Assembly (NCBI GenBank): GCA_037447435.1
Contig: JBBIGR010000010.1
Span: 1-64,000, forward strand
From: Fibrobacteria bacterium
GTDB lineage: Bacteria > Fibrobacterota > Chitinivibrionia > Chitinivibrionales > FEN-1185
Direction of reading: 5' to 3'
Length of the DNA: 64,000 bases
Shown: positions 28,512 through 39,481 of the stretch, piece by piece
How positions within the stretch are numbered: the first letter of the stretch is position 1
Layout: each line of letters begins with the position of its first letter
Program-made: the position numbers and the translations under genes
The notes under the pieces: model-generated
What the model was told of the DNA's origin: nothing
Databases searched by the model: none
What the model saw: only the letters and a program-made list of their open reading frames with translations

Positions 28512-31500
28512 TTACCCGTTAGGCAATTCGGGAAACAACCGTGTTAATAATGCCGCCAACTCGTTTTTCCGGAACGGTTTCGTTATTTTGTCGGCAAAAC
28601 CGTGCGCATGCGGGTCTGCCATGACCGGATCTTCCGAATAGCCGCTTGCCGCGACGAGCATCGCGTTTGCATTCAGCTTTTTAAGCGCAACGGCCGTGTC
28701 CTTTCCTCCCATTCCGCCGGGTATCGTCAAGTCGAGAATGCACAATTTTATGCTTGAAGTATGTTTCGTGAAAATTTCCAGTGCCGCATCGCCGTTTTCC
28801 GCCTTTAATACCGAATAGCCGAACCCTTCCAAACAGGTCTTGAACAATTCTCGCATGAAATCTTCGTCGTCCATGACTAAAACGGTTCCGCGACCGCTAT
28901 GGTATTCTGATTTTTCGGTTATGCCTGCAGCCACATGTACGGATGCGGGAAGGTAGACATGAAAGGTTGAGCCTTTTCCCGGTTCGGATTCAACGTCGAT
29001 CCAGCCGTTGTGCTTTTTGACAATAGAAAAAACCGTCGCAAGTCCGAGGCCGTGGCCGGTTTGCTTTGTGGAAAAGAACGGATCGAAAATACGGGACACT
29101 ATTTCTTTCGGCATGCCGATACCTTGGTCTGCAATGGATATTTTAATGAAATTGCCGGTTTTTTCCGGATCGGATCCCGGCAAAACCGGAAAATGGATAT
29201 TATCGGCGGAAACGGAGATTTTTCCGCCCAGCGGCATTGCCTGGTTTGCATTGATGACGATGTTGTCGATTACCTGGCCTATTTGATTTTCATCGCAGTC
29301 GCAATGCCACAGGTCTTCGGCGATTGCGACATGATTGGTTACCGAAGAACCGCTGAGAACGAAACGAGTACTGTTTAAAATGAGCGGACCAAGCGAAATC
29401 GTTTTACAAACCGGCGTTCCGCCTTTTGAGAACGTCAGGAGCTGTTGCGTCAGCGATTTGGCCCGTTCAAAGGCCCCGAATGCTTTTGTCAATTGCTTCT
29501 GTGCGAGTTCGGGATTGTTGTCCGAAATGCTGTCTTTGGCCATTTCGATGAAGCCGAAAATGCCGCTTAACAGATTGTTGAAATCGTGTGCGATACCGCC
29601 TGCCAAAACCCCCAGGGATTCGAGTTTCTGACGTTGTTGCAGCGAATCGGCCAGACGTTGCTTATCGGTAATGTCCCGGAAAACCAGCACGACGCCGATA
29701 ATGCGGCTCTCGTTGTCGCGTATCGGCGCGCCGCTGTCGGCAATGATTATTTCCCTGCCGTCTTTTGCGATGAGGCAGGTATGATTTGCCAATTCAACGA
29801 TGCTGCCTGTTTTTAGGACCTTTGCAACGGGATCTTCGCAGGCCTGTCTTGTTTGGTCATGGATAATGGTGAAAACTTCGGCAAGCTTTTTGCCGCATGC
29901 GTCCTCTGTTTTCCAGCCGGTCAGGGCTTCGGCCGATTTATTAAGCATAATGACATTGCCGTGAACGTCGGTGGTTATGACTCCGTCGCCGATGCTTCTG
30001 AGAGTGATTCTCAGTCTTTCTTTCTCCTGGGCCAATAAGAGCTCCGATTTTTTTCGGTCCGAAATATCCGTGAACAATACCGCGAATTTTCCCTTTTGCG
30101 GGCAAAAGGCCATGACATGGAAATGTTTGTCAAGAGGCTGTGCGAAATTTTCGAATGCCACTGCCGATCCGTTTAATGCCACGTCGCCGTAACGGTCGAT
30201 CCAGCTTTGTTCGATATCGGGCATTAGCTGCTTAACGGTTTTACCGATGGTTGTCGATGACGGTAGTCCGGTGATTTTTTCAAATGCGGGATTGCTGTCA
30301 AGGAATCGGTAATCGATGGGTTTCCCGTCTGCGTCGCACACGATTTCATGAAGGGCAAAACCTTCCTGCATCTCCGTAAAAAGCGAACGATATCGCTGTT
30401 CGCTTTCCTGCAACGCATTTTGGCGTTTGCGCTCTTCGGTTTGGTCCTGAAAAATCAAAACAACGCCGGTCGTTTCGTTTTGATCGTTTTTAATCGGCGC
30501 GCCGCTGTCGGCGATAGGGGTCTGTGTTCCGTCTTTTGATATGAGAAGCGTATGATTTGCCAACCCGACGACGATACCTTCCCGTAAGACCTTTTCCACC
30601 GGGTTTACTACCGTTTCCAGGGTTGTTTCATTGATTATTTTGAATATCCGGTCGAGCGGCTTTCCGTTTGCGTCGCTTTCACGATACCCGGTAAGTCTTT
30701 CCGCAACGCGGTTCATATGGCGAATATATCCCGATTTATCGGTGGTGATGACGCCGTCGCCGATACTATACAGGGTTGTTTTAAATTCCTCCTGCGACTG
30801 GCGCAGTTCTTTCTCCTTTATAAACAGATTGGCGTACAGTGATTTTTGCCTCATATTGTAAAAAAGCGCCAACCCTACCCACAAAAGTAAAATGAGAAAT
30901 GCGGTAAAAATGCCGGTGTAAACGGCTCGGATGTTCAGGTCTTTGAAAATTTCCGCGCGATCTATTTTGGAAATCATGTTCCAGGGGGAATTTGGGACTT
31001 TTTCAATAAAAGCAATTACCGGTACGCCGCGATAGTCCGTGCCTTCAAAGAGCCCCGTATATCCCAAAGCCGCTTTGACCGAAGGAACGTCTATTCGGCT
31101 CAGGGGGATTTTAAAACGAAGCGTGGTATTTTTACGATGCCGCAATTCGTTGAGAAATACGACGCTGTCGCCGTCTCTGCGCGACAATAAGGTTTCCGAT
31201 GATTTGCTCGGAACAGGCCATTCCTGAATGAGCGGATAAATATAGTCATAGGGGGCTAGCCTGAAAACGAGGACGGCGATAGCGATGTGGGCTGCGTTGT
31301 AAATGGGCGCGATCACGTCGAAATGAACTATATCGGTTTTCCGGCTGCGGTAGAAATTGGTCAATTCTATTGCGCGGTTTGTCATCGCATTGCGGATTGT
31401 GTTTACCAGGATGGAATCGGAACAATCGATACAGGAATCGGCGTCGGCAATTGCTCTGCCTTGCGCGGAGGCTATAACGATGTTTGCATACCCGTAATGA

Positions 31501-31805
31501 GAATTGATTTCCTTGAGCCGGGTCGTGAATTCGTTACGCAATGTCAAATTATTCTTATTGGTCAATAGCTTTTCCGTGGTGGCGAGCAAATACGGGGAAG
31601 TCGAAACCGACCAGGCGTCTTTGATCTGTTCCTGTCGCCAGTTGGCGATTTGCGATGATTTTAAGTGTGCGACGGCGCTGATGAGCGCGTACTTTTCATC
31701 ACGGATATTCCTTGCTTCCGAAGAATAAAATGCGATGCCGCCGAAACACAATAAAGCGCTCAGGCAACAGGTCAGCAGGATGGATAGTCGCTTGTCCGGT
31801 CTCAT
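28512..31805 (-). CDS. Membrane Cache-like/multi-PAS hybrid histidine kinase
   Basis: Two TM helices around a periplasmic domain (DYRGVPV), PAS repeats SIGDGVITTD, HDFNNLL, receiver domain. Confidence 0.93.
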   Translation of the reverse strand: MRPDKRLSILLTCCLSALLCFGGIAFYSSEARNIRDEKYALISAVAHLKSSQIANWRQEQIKDAWSVSTSPYLLATTEKLLTNKNNLTLRNEFTTRLKEINSHYGYANIVIASAQGRAIADADSCIDCSDSILVNTIRNAMTNRAIELTNFYRSRKTDIVHFDVIAPIYNAAHIAIAVLVFRLAPYDYIYPLIQEWPVPSKSSETLLSRRDGDSVVFLNELRHRKNTTLRFKIPLSRIDVPSVKAALGYTGLFEGTDYRGVPVIAFIEKVPNSPWNMISKIDRAEIFKDLNIRAVYTGIFTAFLILLLWVGLALFYNMRQKSLYANLFIKEKELRQSQEEFKTTLYSIGDGVITTDKSGYIRHMNRVAERLTGYRESDANGKPLDRIFKIINETTLETVVNPVEKVLREGIVVGLANHTLLISKDGTQTPIADSGAPIKNDQNETTGVVLIFQDQTEERKRQNALQESEQRYRSLFTEMQEGFALHEIVCDADGKPIDYRFLDSNPAFEKITGLPSSTTIGKTVKQLMPDIEQSWIDRYGDVALNGSAVAFENFAQPLDKHFHVMAFCPQKGKFAVLFTDISDRKKSELLLAQEKERLRITLRSIGDGVITTDVHGNVIMLNKSAEALTGWKTEDACGKKLAEVFTIIHDQTRQACEDPVAKVLKTGSIVELANHTCLIAKDGREIIIADSGAPIRDNESRIIGVVLVFRDITDKQRLADSLQQRQKLESLGVLAGGIAHDFNNLLSGIFGFIEMAKDSISDNNPELAQKQLTKAFGAFERAKSLTQQLLTFSKGGTPVCKTISLGPLILNSTRFVLSGSSVTNHVAIAEDLWHCDCDENQIGQVIDNIVINANQAMPLGGKISVSADNIHFPVLPGSDPEKTGNFIKISIADQGIGMPKEIVSRIFDPFFSTKQTGHGLGLATVFSIVKKHNGWIDVESEPGKGSTFHVYLPASVHVAAGITEKSEYHSGRGTVLVMDDEDFMRELFKTCLEGFGYSVLKAENGDAALEIFTKHTSSIKLCILDLTIPGGMGGKDTAVALKKLNANAMLVAASGYSEDPVMADPHAHGFADKITKPFRKNELAALLTRLFPELPNG

Positions 31806-32185
31806 ACATTTCCTAATTCATTAAAGAGAGGAGCGGGTGAAACTGCCTATGGTAATACCTCTAAATAATTATTCCCGATATTCGGAAATATTCCGACAAT
31901 ATTACTTTCATCTTACAATTAAATTGCGAAAAAGCATTGAAATAAAATAATTAAAATGTCTTTTTAAGCGGAACAGGAATAGTCTTGTGTAGGCATTCCG
32001 CATCGACGCTTGGCGTTCGGTAGGAAAAATTGAAATATTCCTTTTACTTTTGCTATGATTTAATGCATTATATTATATAATAAAGCGTTATGTTAATCCG
32101 TAACGTTGTAACGGGATAGTTTCGCAACGGTCATATCTGTGCGGAGATATTTTACCAGGACACCCTTAGTAATTAAGAAGGCCAC

Positions 32186-33730
32186 ATGATCATAAAACAA
32201 TACAGGGTAGCTATTACCGGACCGAATTCTTTGATTTATGATAAGATCATAAACCTTTTTTCCTCTTCCGGGGAAGATACGTTCGTCATCAGCAGCTTTC
32301 CCAGACTTTCCGATGCCATGCAGGCTTCCGCGACTTCCGTATTCGAGGCAATGCTTGTCGTCGGCCCCCAGGAACCGTTTCAGGCCAAAGAACTCGCTGC
32401 ACAATGCTTCGCCTCAGAGCATGAGTTTCCCATTATGTATGTGGCGCAATCGTCAAACGAACAGCTTGAGGATTGCGTGCTCACTTCGGGGTTCGATGAA
32501 TACCTTGCGATTGAGGAACTGACGCCGCGTTTGTTGCGTCATGCAATCGTGGCATCGGTGCACCGGACAAAAATGCAGTCGTTGCTTCGGCACGAGCGCG
32601 ATTTGCTGCAAACCCTTATGGACAGCATTCCCGACACTATTTACTTCAAAGACAAGGAGTCCCGTTTCACGCGCATCAATAAGGCGCAGGAAAAAGTCCT
32701 CGGCATTGCAAACGGCAATGAGGCCATAGGAAAAACCGATTTTGACTTTTTCGATCATGCAAAGCAGGCCTTCGAAGACGAACACCGCATCATAGAAACC
32801 GGCGAACCCATTATCGACAAGCAAGAAACGGTCCGGCGCGCCGACGGCGAGCACCGGTATTGTTCGGCCACGAAAGTCCCGATACGCAATAAAACCGGGG
32901 CGATAATCGGGACGGTGGGCATTACGCGCGACATCACCGATCGCGTCAAGGCCGAAAAAGAACTTGCAGAAGTCAAAGAACGGTTGGAGCAGACGATGCA
33001 GGGAATTCAGGAAGAGCTCGAAATGGCCCGGCAAATTCAGAAATCCTTATTGCCGACTACCTTACCGGAAGTCAAAGGCATGACCTCGGCGTCCGCGTAT
33101 ATTCCGTGCAGCGCAATCGGAGGCGATTTTTACGATGTCATGCGCATCGACGAAAACCGCCTGGCAATTCTCATGTTCGACGTGGTCGGGCACGGCGTTC
33201 CTGCGGCCCTTATCGCCGCGCTGGGCAAGGCCATGTTCGGCGTCCATATGCATCGGGGCACGTCGCCGTCCGAAGTACTCGATCTTGTCAACAAAGACCT
33301 GTTCGAACATTTTAACGGGAAACGGTATTTGGCTGCGTATTACGGCATACTCGATACCAAAAATCTTACTTTCGAATATTCAAAAGGCGGACATCCCCCC
33401 GCAATTTTGATACACGGCGACACAAAGGAACTCGACATGTTGTCGACCGCCGGTCTGTATGTCGGACTTTTTCACGACAGTAAATTCGAACAAAAGAAAA
33501 TTTCCTATAAATCCGGCGACCGTCTCATTATTTTTACCGACGGTCTGATCGAAGCCTTTGATAAAAACGAAAAATATTTCGGGCTCAAATCGCTAAAAGA
33601 CACCTTGGTTGAAATGGCCGATATGCCCATCGATGTTCTGGTTTCGGCGGTACTCAACAAACAACGCGCGCATTCGCAAGGATCTTCCCACATCGACGAT
33701 ATCACCATGCTCGCTCTGCAATTCAAATAA
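32186..33730 (+). CDS. Degenerate receiver + PAS + PP2C/SpoIIE phosphatase
   Basis: IPDTIYFKD PAS; ARQIQ, GGDFY, DVVGHG, GHPP, FTDGL, DDIT. Confidence 0.92.
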   Translation: MIIKQYRVAITGPNSLIYDKIINLFSSSGEDTFVISSFPRLSDAMQASATSVFEAMLVVGPQEPFQAKELAAQCFASEHEFPIMYVAQSSNEQLEDCVLTSGFDEYLAIEELTPRLLRHAIVASVHRTKMQSLLRHERDLLQTLMDSIPDTIYFKDKESRFTRINKAQEKVLGIANGNEAIGKTDFDFFDHAKQAFEDEHRIIETGEPIIDKQETVRRADGEHRYCSATKVPIRNKTGAIIGTVGITRDITDRVKAEKELAEVKERLEQTMQGIQEELEMARQIQKSLLPTTLPEVKGMTSASAYIPCSAIGGDFYDVMRIDENRLAILMFDVVGHGVPAALIAALGKAMFGVHMHRGTSPSEVLDLVNKDLFEHFNGKRYLAAYYGILDTKNLTFEYSKGGHPPAILIHGDTKELDMLSTAGLYVGLFHDSKFEQKKISYKSGDRLIIFTDGLIEAFDKNEKYFGLKSLKDTLVEMADMPIDVLVSAVLNKQRAHSQGSSHIDDITMLALQFK

Positions 33731-33915
33731 AAAAATTCATTGTCTGCACTCTGCTAAAACCATAGTCTCTAAAGTATAATCGCGTTCCCCAGCGCCGGTG
33801 GCGGGCAGGGGAGCGCGGGCCAATTTACCCTTGCAATATTTTAAAAGCCATGGTACCATTCAAAACATGCATAACAATTGCACTGTTTTCACCCATTTTT
33901 TTATTGGAGGTTGTC

Positions 33916-34377
33916 ATGAAATTATCACGATTCGCAGCAGTTGCGGGATTTGCGTTTTTGCTTGCACAATTCTCTTTTGCCGGTGATGCGACAAAGAAAG
34001 ATGCAACGGCAATGGTGGACAAGGCGATTGCGTATGTCAAAGCAAACGGGACCGACAAGGCTTTTGCGGCTTTCATGGATACGACCGGACAATTTATAAA
34101 AGGTGAATTGTACGTTTTCGTGTACGATTTCAACGGCGTTTGCCTTGCACACGGCCAAAAACCCAAACTCGTGGGTAAGAACCGTTTGGATGTCGAGGAT
34201 GTCAATGGCAAAAAATACATTCAGGAAATGATTACCATTGCAAAGGAAAAAGGAACCGGTTCGGTCGATTATATGTTCCAAAATCCCGAAACTAAAAAAG
34301 TGGAGCCGAAGACTTCGTTCTTTACGAGAATTCCGGGGAAAGACATGCTGGTGGCGTGCGGAATTTATAAAAAATAA
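33916..34377 (+). CDS. Exported stand-alone single Cache (sCache_2) protein
   Basis: GGAGG RBS, signal peptide, YVFVYD..CLAH, DVNGK, YMFQNP..EPKTS. Confidence 0.88.
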   Translation: MKLSRFAAVAGFAFLLAQFSFAGDATKKDATAMVDKAIAYVKANGTDKAFAAFMDTTGQFIKGELYVFVYDFNGVCLAHGQKPKLVGKNRLDVEDVNGKKYIQEMITIAKEKGTGSVDYMFQNPETKKVEPKTSFFTRIPGKDMLVACGIYKK

Positions 34378-34458
34378 CAGACTAAATACTGTCGGCGATT
34401 CTTTATCTCACGGTATAGGGGGCTTACGTAAACAGTAACCGCGCTGAAGGAAGTATTT

Positions 34459-36132
34459 ATGTACAAATGGTATTTGAGCCAGCGGCTTTCGGTCAAATTG
34501 GTGCTGCCGTCAATTCTCATCGTCGTGTTGCTGGCCCTCGCCGGAGTTTACGTCTACATACTTGCCCGGGAACAGCAGACTTTGCAACAGTCGATCAATT
34601 CCGAATCCCGGTCCGCACGAAAGCTTTCCAGCCTGATCGAATCCTATAATCGGACGCAATCCCATTTGTATAAATCGGTGGCTCTCAGTTTTGCCGGCAT
34701 CGACAAAGCGAAAATTACCAAGGATATGGCCGGGTATATTTCAATGCAGCCGATGCTTGAAAAAGACCTCGCCGATTTGGCTTCATTGAAGGTTTTCGCA
34801 TCGGCGGCCAATGATTTTAAAACCATACAAACCCAGTCGAGCGAATATTTCAAATGGGTCAAGGAAGTGTCCGACAATTTCGATGATCCGGGAATGGCTG
34901 CATCGAATATGGTGACTACCGAGACCAAGTTTTCCAATTTGCGGCAAACCCTCGAATCGATTTTCAATTTGCAGGAAAAAAGAATGTCTCTTGTTATTAA
35001 AAATGCCGAATCGAGCCTGACCGGATTAACGCGCGGGCAATTGGTATCGACCATTGTCGTGGCGATTATTGCAATCGGGATTTCATTGTTGAATCTCTGG
35101 ATGTTTAAGTCGTTTGTCAATAAAGCCAAGGAAGACGTCGGCATCATTGCAAAAGGCGATTTTGCTCATGAACTTTCCGTGACCAGCGGCGATGAGCTCG
35201 GCGAACTTGCAATGTCGGTCGAGCAAATGCGAAAAAGCATTCACGGGCTTTTGGGCGGGCTTAAAACAACGGCATTGCGTCTAACGGAATCGTCTACCAC
35301 CCTGCACGAATTGTCCGGAGAATTAACGCGCGATGCTTCCACGGTCGACGATCGGACCAATGTCATTTCTTCCGCCGGTCGCGATGTGTCGAATCTGGCC
35401 GATCGTATGGCTCATGAAGCGCAAAATGTTTCAAAGGGTTCCGCTTCTACCGCCAGTTCCCTCGAAGAAATGAAAAATACCATACAGGAAATTTCACGCA
35501 ACTGCATTCGTGAAGTCGAAATGGCCCAATCATCCGCAAAAACAGTGGGCGATGTCATAGAGGGAATGAACGAACTGGGAAAGGCGTCAAAGGAAATCGG
35601 CGGCATACTTAAAATGATAGATGATATTGCCGGCAAGACCCGGTTGCTGGCATTGAATGCGACGATAGAAGCCGCGTCTGCCGGTGAAGCCGGACGAGGG
35701 TTCTCGGTCGTTGCCGAAGAAGTCAAAGCTTTGGCAGTACAGAGCAATTCCGCAGCCAGCCAGATCGAACAAAAAATATCGGCCATGCAATCCCAGGTCG
35801 ATAATGCCATACGGGCCACGAAAGAAATCAGCAACGTAATCGAACAGTTTTCGGAAATTTCGCGGACCATTTCAGCCGCGGTGGAGGAACAATCCGTTAC
35901 CGTGAGCGAAATCGCCAAAGCGGTCGGCGAAGTGTCGCAATCGAGCAACGAGCTGGTTTGCGGCATGGAAGATGTTTCGAAGAGAAGTTTACAAGTGCTC
36001 AATGCGATCAAGGACGTCGGCGAGGTGGTCAAAAGCACGGCAAAAGAGGCCGGTTTAACATCGGAGAATTCGGGGACCTTGAAAGCAATGGCCAACGAAC
36101 TCAACAGTAGCGTCGCACGGTTTACGGTGTAA
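34459..36132 (+). CDS. Methyl-accepting chemotaxis protein
   Basis: Two TM helices, HAMP (DELGEL), LLALNATIEAASAGEAGRGFSVVAEEVK. Confidence 0.95.
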   Translation: MYKWYLSQRLSVKLVLPSILIVVLLALAGVYVYILAREQQTLQQSINSESRSARKLSSLIESYNRTQSHLYKSVALSFAGIDKAKITKDMAGYISMQPMLEKDLADLASLKVFASAANDFKTIQTQSSEYFKWVKEVSDNFDDPGMAASNMVTTETKFSNLRQTLESIFNLQEKRMSLVIKNAESSLTGLTRGQLVSTIVVAIIAIGISLLNLWMFKSFVNKAKEDVGIIAKGDFAHELSVTSGDELGELAMSVEQMRKSIHGLLGGLKTTALRLTESSTTLHELSGELTRDASTVDDRTNVISSAGRDVSNLADRMAHEAQNVSKGSASTASSLEEMKNTIQEISRNCIREVEMAQSSAKTVGDVIEGMNELGKASKEIGGILKMIDDIAGKTRLLALNATIEAASAGEAGRGFSVVAEEVKALAVQSNSAASQIEQKISAMQSQVDNAIRATKEISNVIEQFSEISRTISAAVEEQSVTVSEIAKAVGEVSQSSNELVCGMEDVSKRSLQVLNAIKDVGEVVKSTAKEAGLTSENSGTLKAMANELNSSVARFTV

Positions 36133-36151
36133 AAAAAACGGGCCGGTAATG

Positions 36152-36190
36152 AAAAACCCCCGATGCAAACTATGCGTCGGGGGTTTTTTT
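36152..36190. terminator. Bidirectional intrinsic terminator between the MCP gene and typA
   Basis: aaaaacccccgatgca-aacta-tgcgtcgggggttttt between convergent genes. Confidence 0.85.
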
Positions 36191-37988
36191 ATTCTTTCAT
36201 CGTCAGAACGGAAGAGGGGTCGCGTTTACGCAACCTGATGCTTAACGGAGTGACCTCGACGAGTTCGTCATCATTGATATAGGCGATACAATCTTCCAAC
36301 GTCATATTCCGATGCGGGGTTAAGACCGCGGCATCGTCGGCACCGGAAGATCTCATATTCGTAAGTTTTTTCGCTTTGCCCGGATTAACCGTCAAGTCAT
36401 TTTCGCGGGAATGTTCGCCGACGATTTGTCCTCTATAGAGTTTGACCTGGGGTCCAATGAACAGTATTCCGCGGTCCTGCAAATGCCATAGGGCAAAGGC
36501 AACGCTCACGCACGGGTCTTTGGTCACCATGACGCCGTTGGTTCGCGTACGGATTTCACCGGCATAGGGACCATATTCCAAAAACATGTAATTCATGGTT
36601 CCCATTCCCTTGGTGTCGGTCATGAACTCCGATCGATAGCCCAGTAATCCGCGCGTCGGAATTTTAAAATTCAAACGGGTCAAGCCGCCGGGGTTATTCA
36701 TATTTAATAACTGGCCTTTTCGGCGTCCGAGTTTTTCTATAACGGCACCGACGTATTTTTCGTCGACATCAACCGTTAATTCTTCATACGGTTCAAGTTT
36801 TACCCCGTTTTCTTCTTTCATGATTACTTGCGGGCTGGTTACCTGAAATTCGTATCCTTCGCGGCGCATCCGTTCTATGAGAATAGACAAATGCAATTCA
36901 CCGCGTCCCGACACCTTGTTTCCCATAGTGTCTTTTAAAGGCTCGACGGTCAATGCCACATCCGACAATATTTCGCGTTGTAAACGGTCCTGCACATGAC
37001 GCGAGGTCACGAATTTCCCCTCTGTTCCGGCAAACGGGGAATCATTGGGAATAAAATTCATGGAAATTGTCGGCGGGTCTATTACGGTCGGTGGCAACGG
37101 ATTGGGTGAAAGCGGGTCGGTAAACGTGACGCCGACGGTTACTTCTTCCATGCCTGCAACTGCTACGATTTCACCGGTAGACGCGGTTTCCGTGGGGACT
37201 TTGCTGTTGCCTTCGAAGCGGTACAACTTGGTTATGCGGACCGGTACCAAAGATCCATCCCGAAGCGCAACTGCGATGTCTTTATTGATGTTGAGCGTGC
37301 CCGCGGTGATTTTTCCGATTCCCAGGCGTCCCAAATACGGAGAATAATCGATGGACGAAATTAACATTTGTAAGGGTGCGTCCGGGTCGCCTTTAGGCGG
37401 CGGAATATGCTTTATAATGGCGTCGTACAATGGTCCCATGGTCATGGAATCGTCATCCGGATCGTTTCTTGCATAGCCGTCCTTTGCCGATGCGTATACA
37501 ATAGGGAAGTCCAGCACGTCGTCCGGCGCTTCGAGTTTTACGAAAAGATCAAAAACCTGATTCACGGTCCATACGGAACGTGCGGCGGGTTTGTCGATTT
37601 TATTGATGACCACTATAACCGGCAGATTAAGTGCCAGCGCTTTTTTCAGCACGAAATACGTTTGCGGCATGGGGCCTTCGGCTGCATCGACGAGCAATAA
37701 AGCGCCGTCGGCCATTTTCAGTACTCTTTCGACCTGTCCGCCGAAATCCGCATGACCCGGCGTATCGATGATATTGATGATATGGCTTCGGTATTTAAAA
37801 GACCCGTTTTTGGCGGAAATTGTTATGCCGCGTTCACGTTCCAAATCCATGGAATCCATGAGGCGTTCGGCAACCACCTGATTGTCGCGAAACATACCGC
37901 TTTGTTTGAATAATTGATCGACAAGTGATGTTTTGCCATGGTCGACATGCGCGATAATTGCAATATTTCTAATGAATCGTTGGCTCAT
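36189..37988 (-). CDS. typA: Translational GTPase TypA/BipA
   Basis: IAHVDHGKT, ERERGITI, DTPGHADFGG, GRGELHL, KKLTNMR. Confidence 0.97.
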   Translation of the reverse strand: MSQRFIRNIAIIAHVDHGKTSLVDQLFKQSGMFRDNQVVAERLMDSMDLERERGITISAKNGSFKYRSHIINIIDTPGHADFGGQVERVLKMADGALLLVDAAEGPMPQTYFVLKKALALNLPVIVVINKIDKPAARSVWTVNQVFDLFVKLEAPDDVLDFPIVYASAKDGYARNDPDDDSMTMGPLYDAIIKHIPPPKGDPDAPLQMLISSIDYSPYLGRLGIGKITAGTLNINKDIAVALRDGSLVPVRITKLYRFEGNSKVPTETASTGEIVAVAGMEEVTVGVTFTDPLSPNPLPPTVIDPPTISMNFIPNDSPFAGTEGKFVTSRHVQDRLQREILSDVALTVEPLKDTMGNKVSGRGELHLSILIERMRREGYEFQVTSPQVIMKEENGVKLEPYEELTVDVDEKYVGAVIEKLGRRKGQLLNMNNPGGLTRLNFKIPTRGLLGYRSEFMTDTKGMGTMNYMFLEYGPYAGEIRTRTNGVMVTKDPCVSVAFALWHLQDRGILFIGPQVKLYRGQIVGEHSRENDLTVNPGKAKKLTNMRSSGADDAAVLTPHRNMTLEDCIAYINDDELVEVTPLSIRLRKRDPSSVLTMKE

Positions 37989-38234
37989 TGTGCCTAGCGT
38001 TACCTACTGGATTATGGTGAAAATTAAAAACAGTGTCGCGCGAACAATCGAGGGATATGAAACCGGTATTGTGCGGAAATTTACCCTGGAACTCTGCGAG
38101 CTACTGCGGAATGCGTACTTATTTAAGCAAGCTAAAATACATGATTTATTCAACACCTATTCAATATTACCGTTTTTATCGCATTTTTTGTTGTGGGCGG
38201 CATGGGAGAACCTTCCATGCCGCTGTTGAATTTG

Positions 38235-38723
38235 TCACTTTTTCCGTCTGAAAGGAACAATATTGTCGGCTTTTTGCGGCGTATTCTCTTGTGCGGAATT
38301 ATTTGCTTTTGCCGGCTGCTCTTCGGCGGGAATCGAATTTTCTGCCTGTTCTCCGTTCAAACGTACTTTAATGAATTTGAATTCGTACGTACGTTCGGGA
38401 TTTTGAAACCCGCCCTTTACGATATGGGGCGGCTGAAGTTTCAAAACCTGTTGTTGCGGCGGAAATGTGCTTAACGCCGCAAAATACATCCATATCCATT
38501 TTCCGACGGGCATTTCCAAGTCGTCAAGAACGTATCCCGTGCACACGCCGTAGCCGTTGAATTCCCAGCCTTCGTCGTCGGGTAACGGTTCGGTACCTAC
38601 TTTGCGTCCAAGAAGACAAAAGAGATCGTTATTGAATGGAAAATCAATCACATCCTTGGGGTCGACATATCGTGCCGCGTAATCGATGATATCCGTACGG
38701 GACATGGTCGCTTTCGGGTTCAT
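38235..38723 (-). CDS. Hypothetical protein
   Basis: 162-aa ORF filling the gap, protein-like composition, low-complexity tail ending NIVPFRRKK. Confidence 0.7.
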   Translation of the reverse strand: MNPKATMSRTDIIDYAARYVDPKDVIDFPFNNDLFCLLGRKVGTEPLPDDEGWEFNGYGVCTGYVLDDLEMPVGKWIWMYFAALSTFPPQQQVLKLQPPHIVKGGFQNPERTYEFKFIKVRLNGEQAENSIPAEEQPAKANNSAQENTPQKADNIVPFRRKK

Positions 38724-38847
38724 GGCAAATCCCTTTTGAAAAAAGGCGTTTTGAAGCGGCTATAAATTACAATAAAAATGCAGACCCTGCAAGTTCGAAC
38801 CGGCGGCAAAATAATTATGTTCCGAAATTGTAGTCGCGTTAATTATA

Positions 38848-38860
38848 TTAACAATGTTAA
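38848..38860. promoter_or_regulatory. Palindrome, candidate TetR operator
   Basis: TTAACA-A-TGTTAA about 37 nt upstream of the TetR start. Confidence 0.4.
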
Positions 38861-38896
38861 AAAAATGAACAGTAGTATATTTCACAAGGAGGGCGT

Positions 38897-39481
38897 ATGG
38901 ACAAAACGATTCAGGAAGAGCGCGTTCGCGGATTTTTTATCGAAGCGGCAAAGGATCTTATCCGTGCCGAAGGTTTGGCCGTCGTTACGGCGAGAAACGT
39001 TGCCGAACGCGCAGGGTATTCGTATGCGACATTATATAATTATTTCCACGATATCCGGGATTTGATTTTTTGTTGCATCGAAGACTTTATGGACGAATGT
39101 CGTGAATTTATCGATCATGAGGACAAAAAGACCGATTCTTTGGAAGGAAAATTGCTTTTGATTTCAAAATCATTTGCAAAGTTTTTCATTCAATACCCGG
39201 GCATTTTCGGCCTTTTATATGAGCAAAAATCCAATGCAATCGCGACTAAAAACTCCAATTTCGGCAAAATAGGCGCCTTTTTCGATTCGCTGACCAATGA
39301 TACATGGAAGGAGATCGGGAAAAAAAATAAATTCACCGCTCACTCCCTCGAAACCAGGCGAAAAACCCATGCGCTTGCTTTGCATGGAATGCTTATGATG
39401 CATATTAACGGACGGGACAATCAGGAGTATCCCGGCTTGCTTAAGGAAATAGAAAAATGCACCGGATTTGCAACGGAATAA
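38897..39481 (+). CDS. TetR/AcrR-family regulator
   Basis: HTH TARNVAERAGYSYATLYNYF; AGGAGG RBS. Confidence 0.92.
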   Translation: MDKTIQEERVRGFFIEAAKDLIRAEGLAVVTARNVAERAGYSYATLYNYFHDIRDLIFCCIEDFMDECREFIDHEDKKTDSLEGKLLLISKSFAKFFIQYPGIFGLLYEQKSNAIATKNSNFGKIGAFFDSLTNDTWKEIGKKNKFTAHSLETRRKTHALALHGMLMMHINGRDNQEYPGLLKEIEKCTGFATE

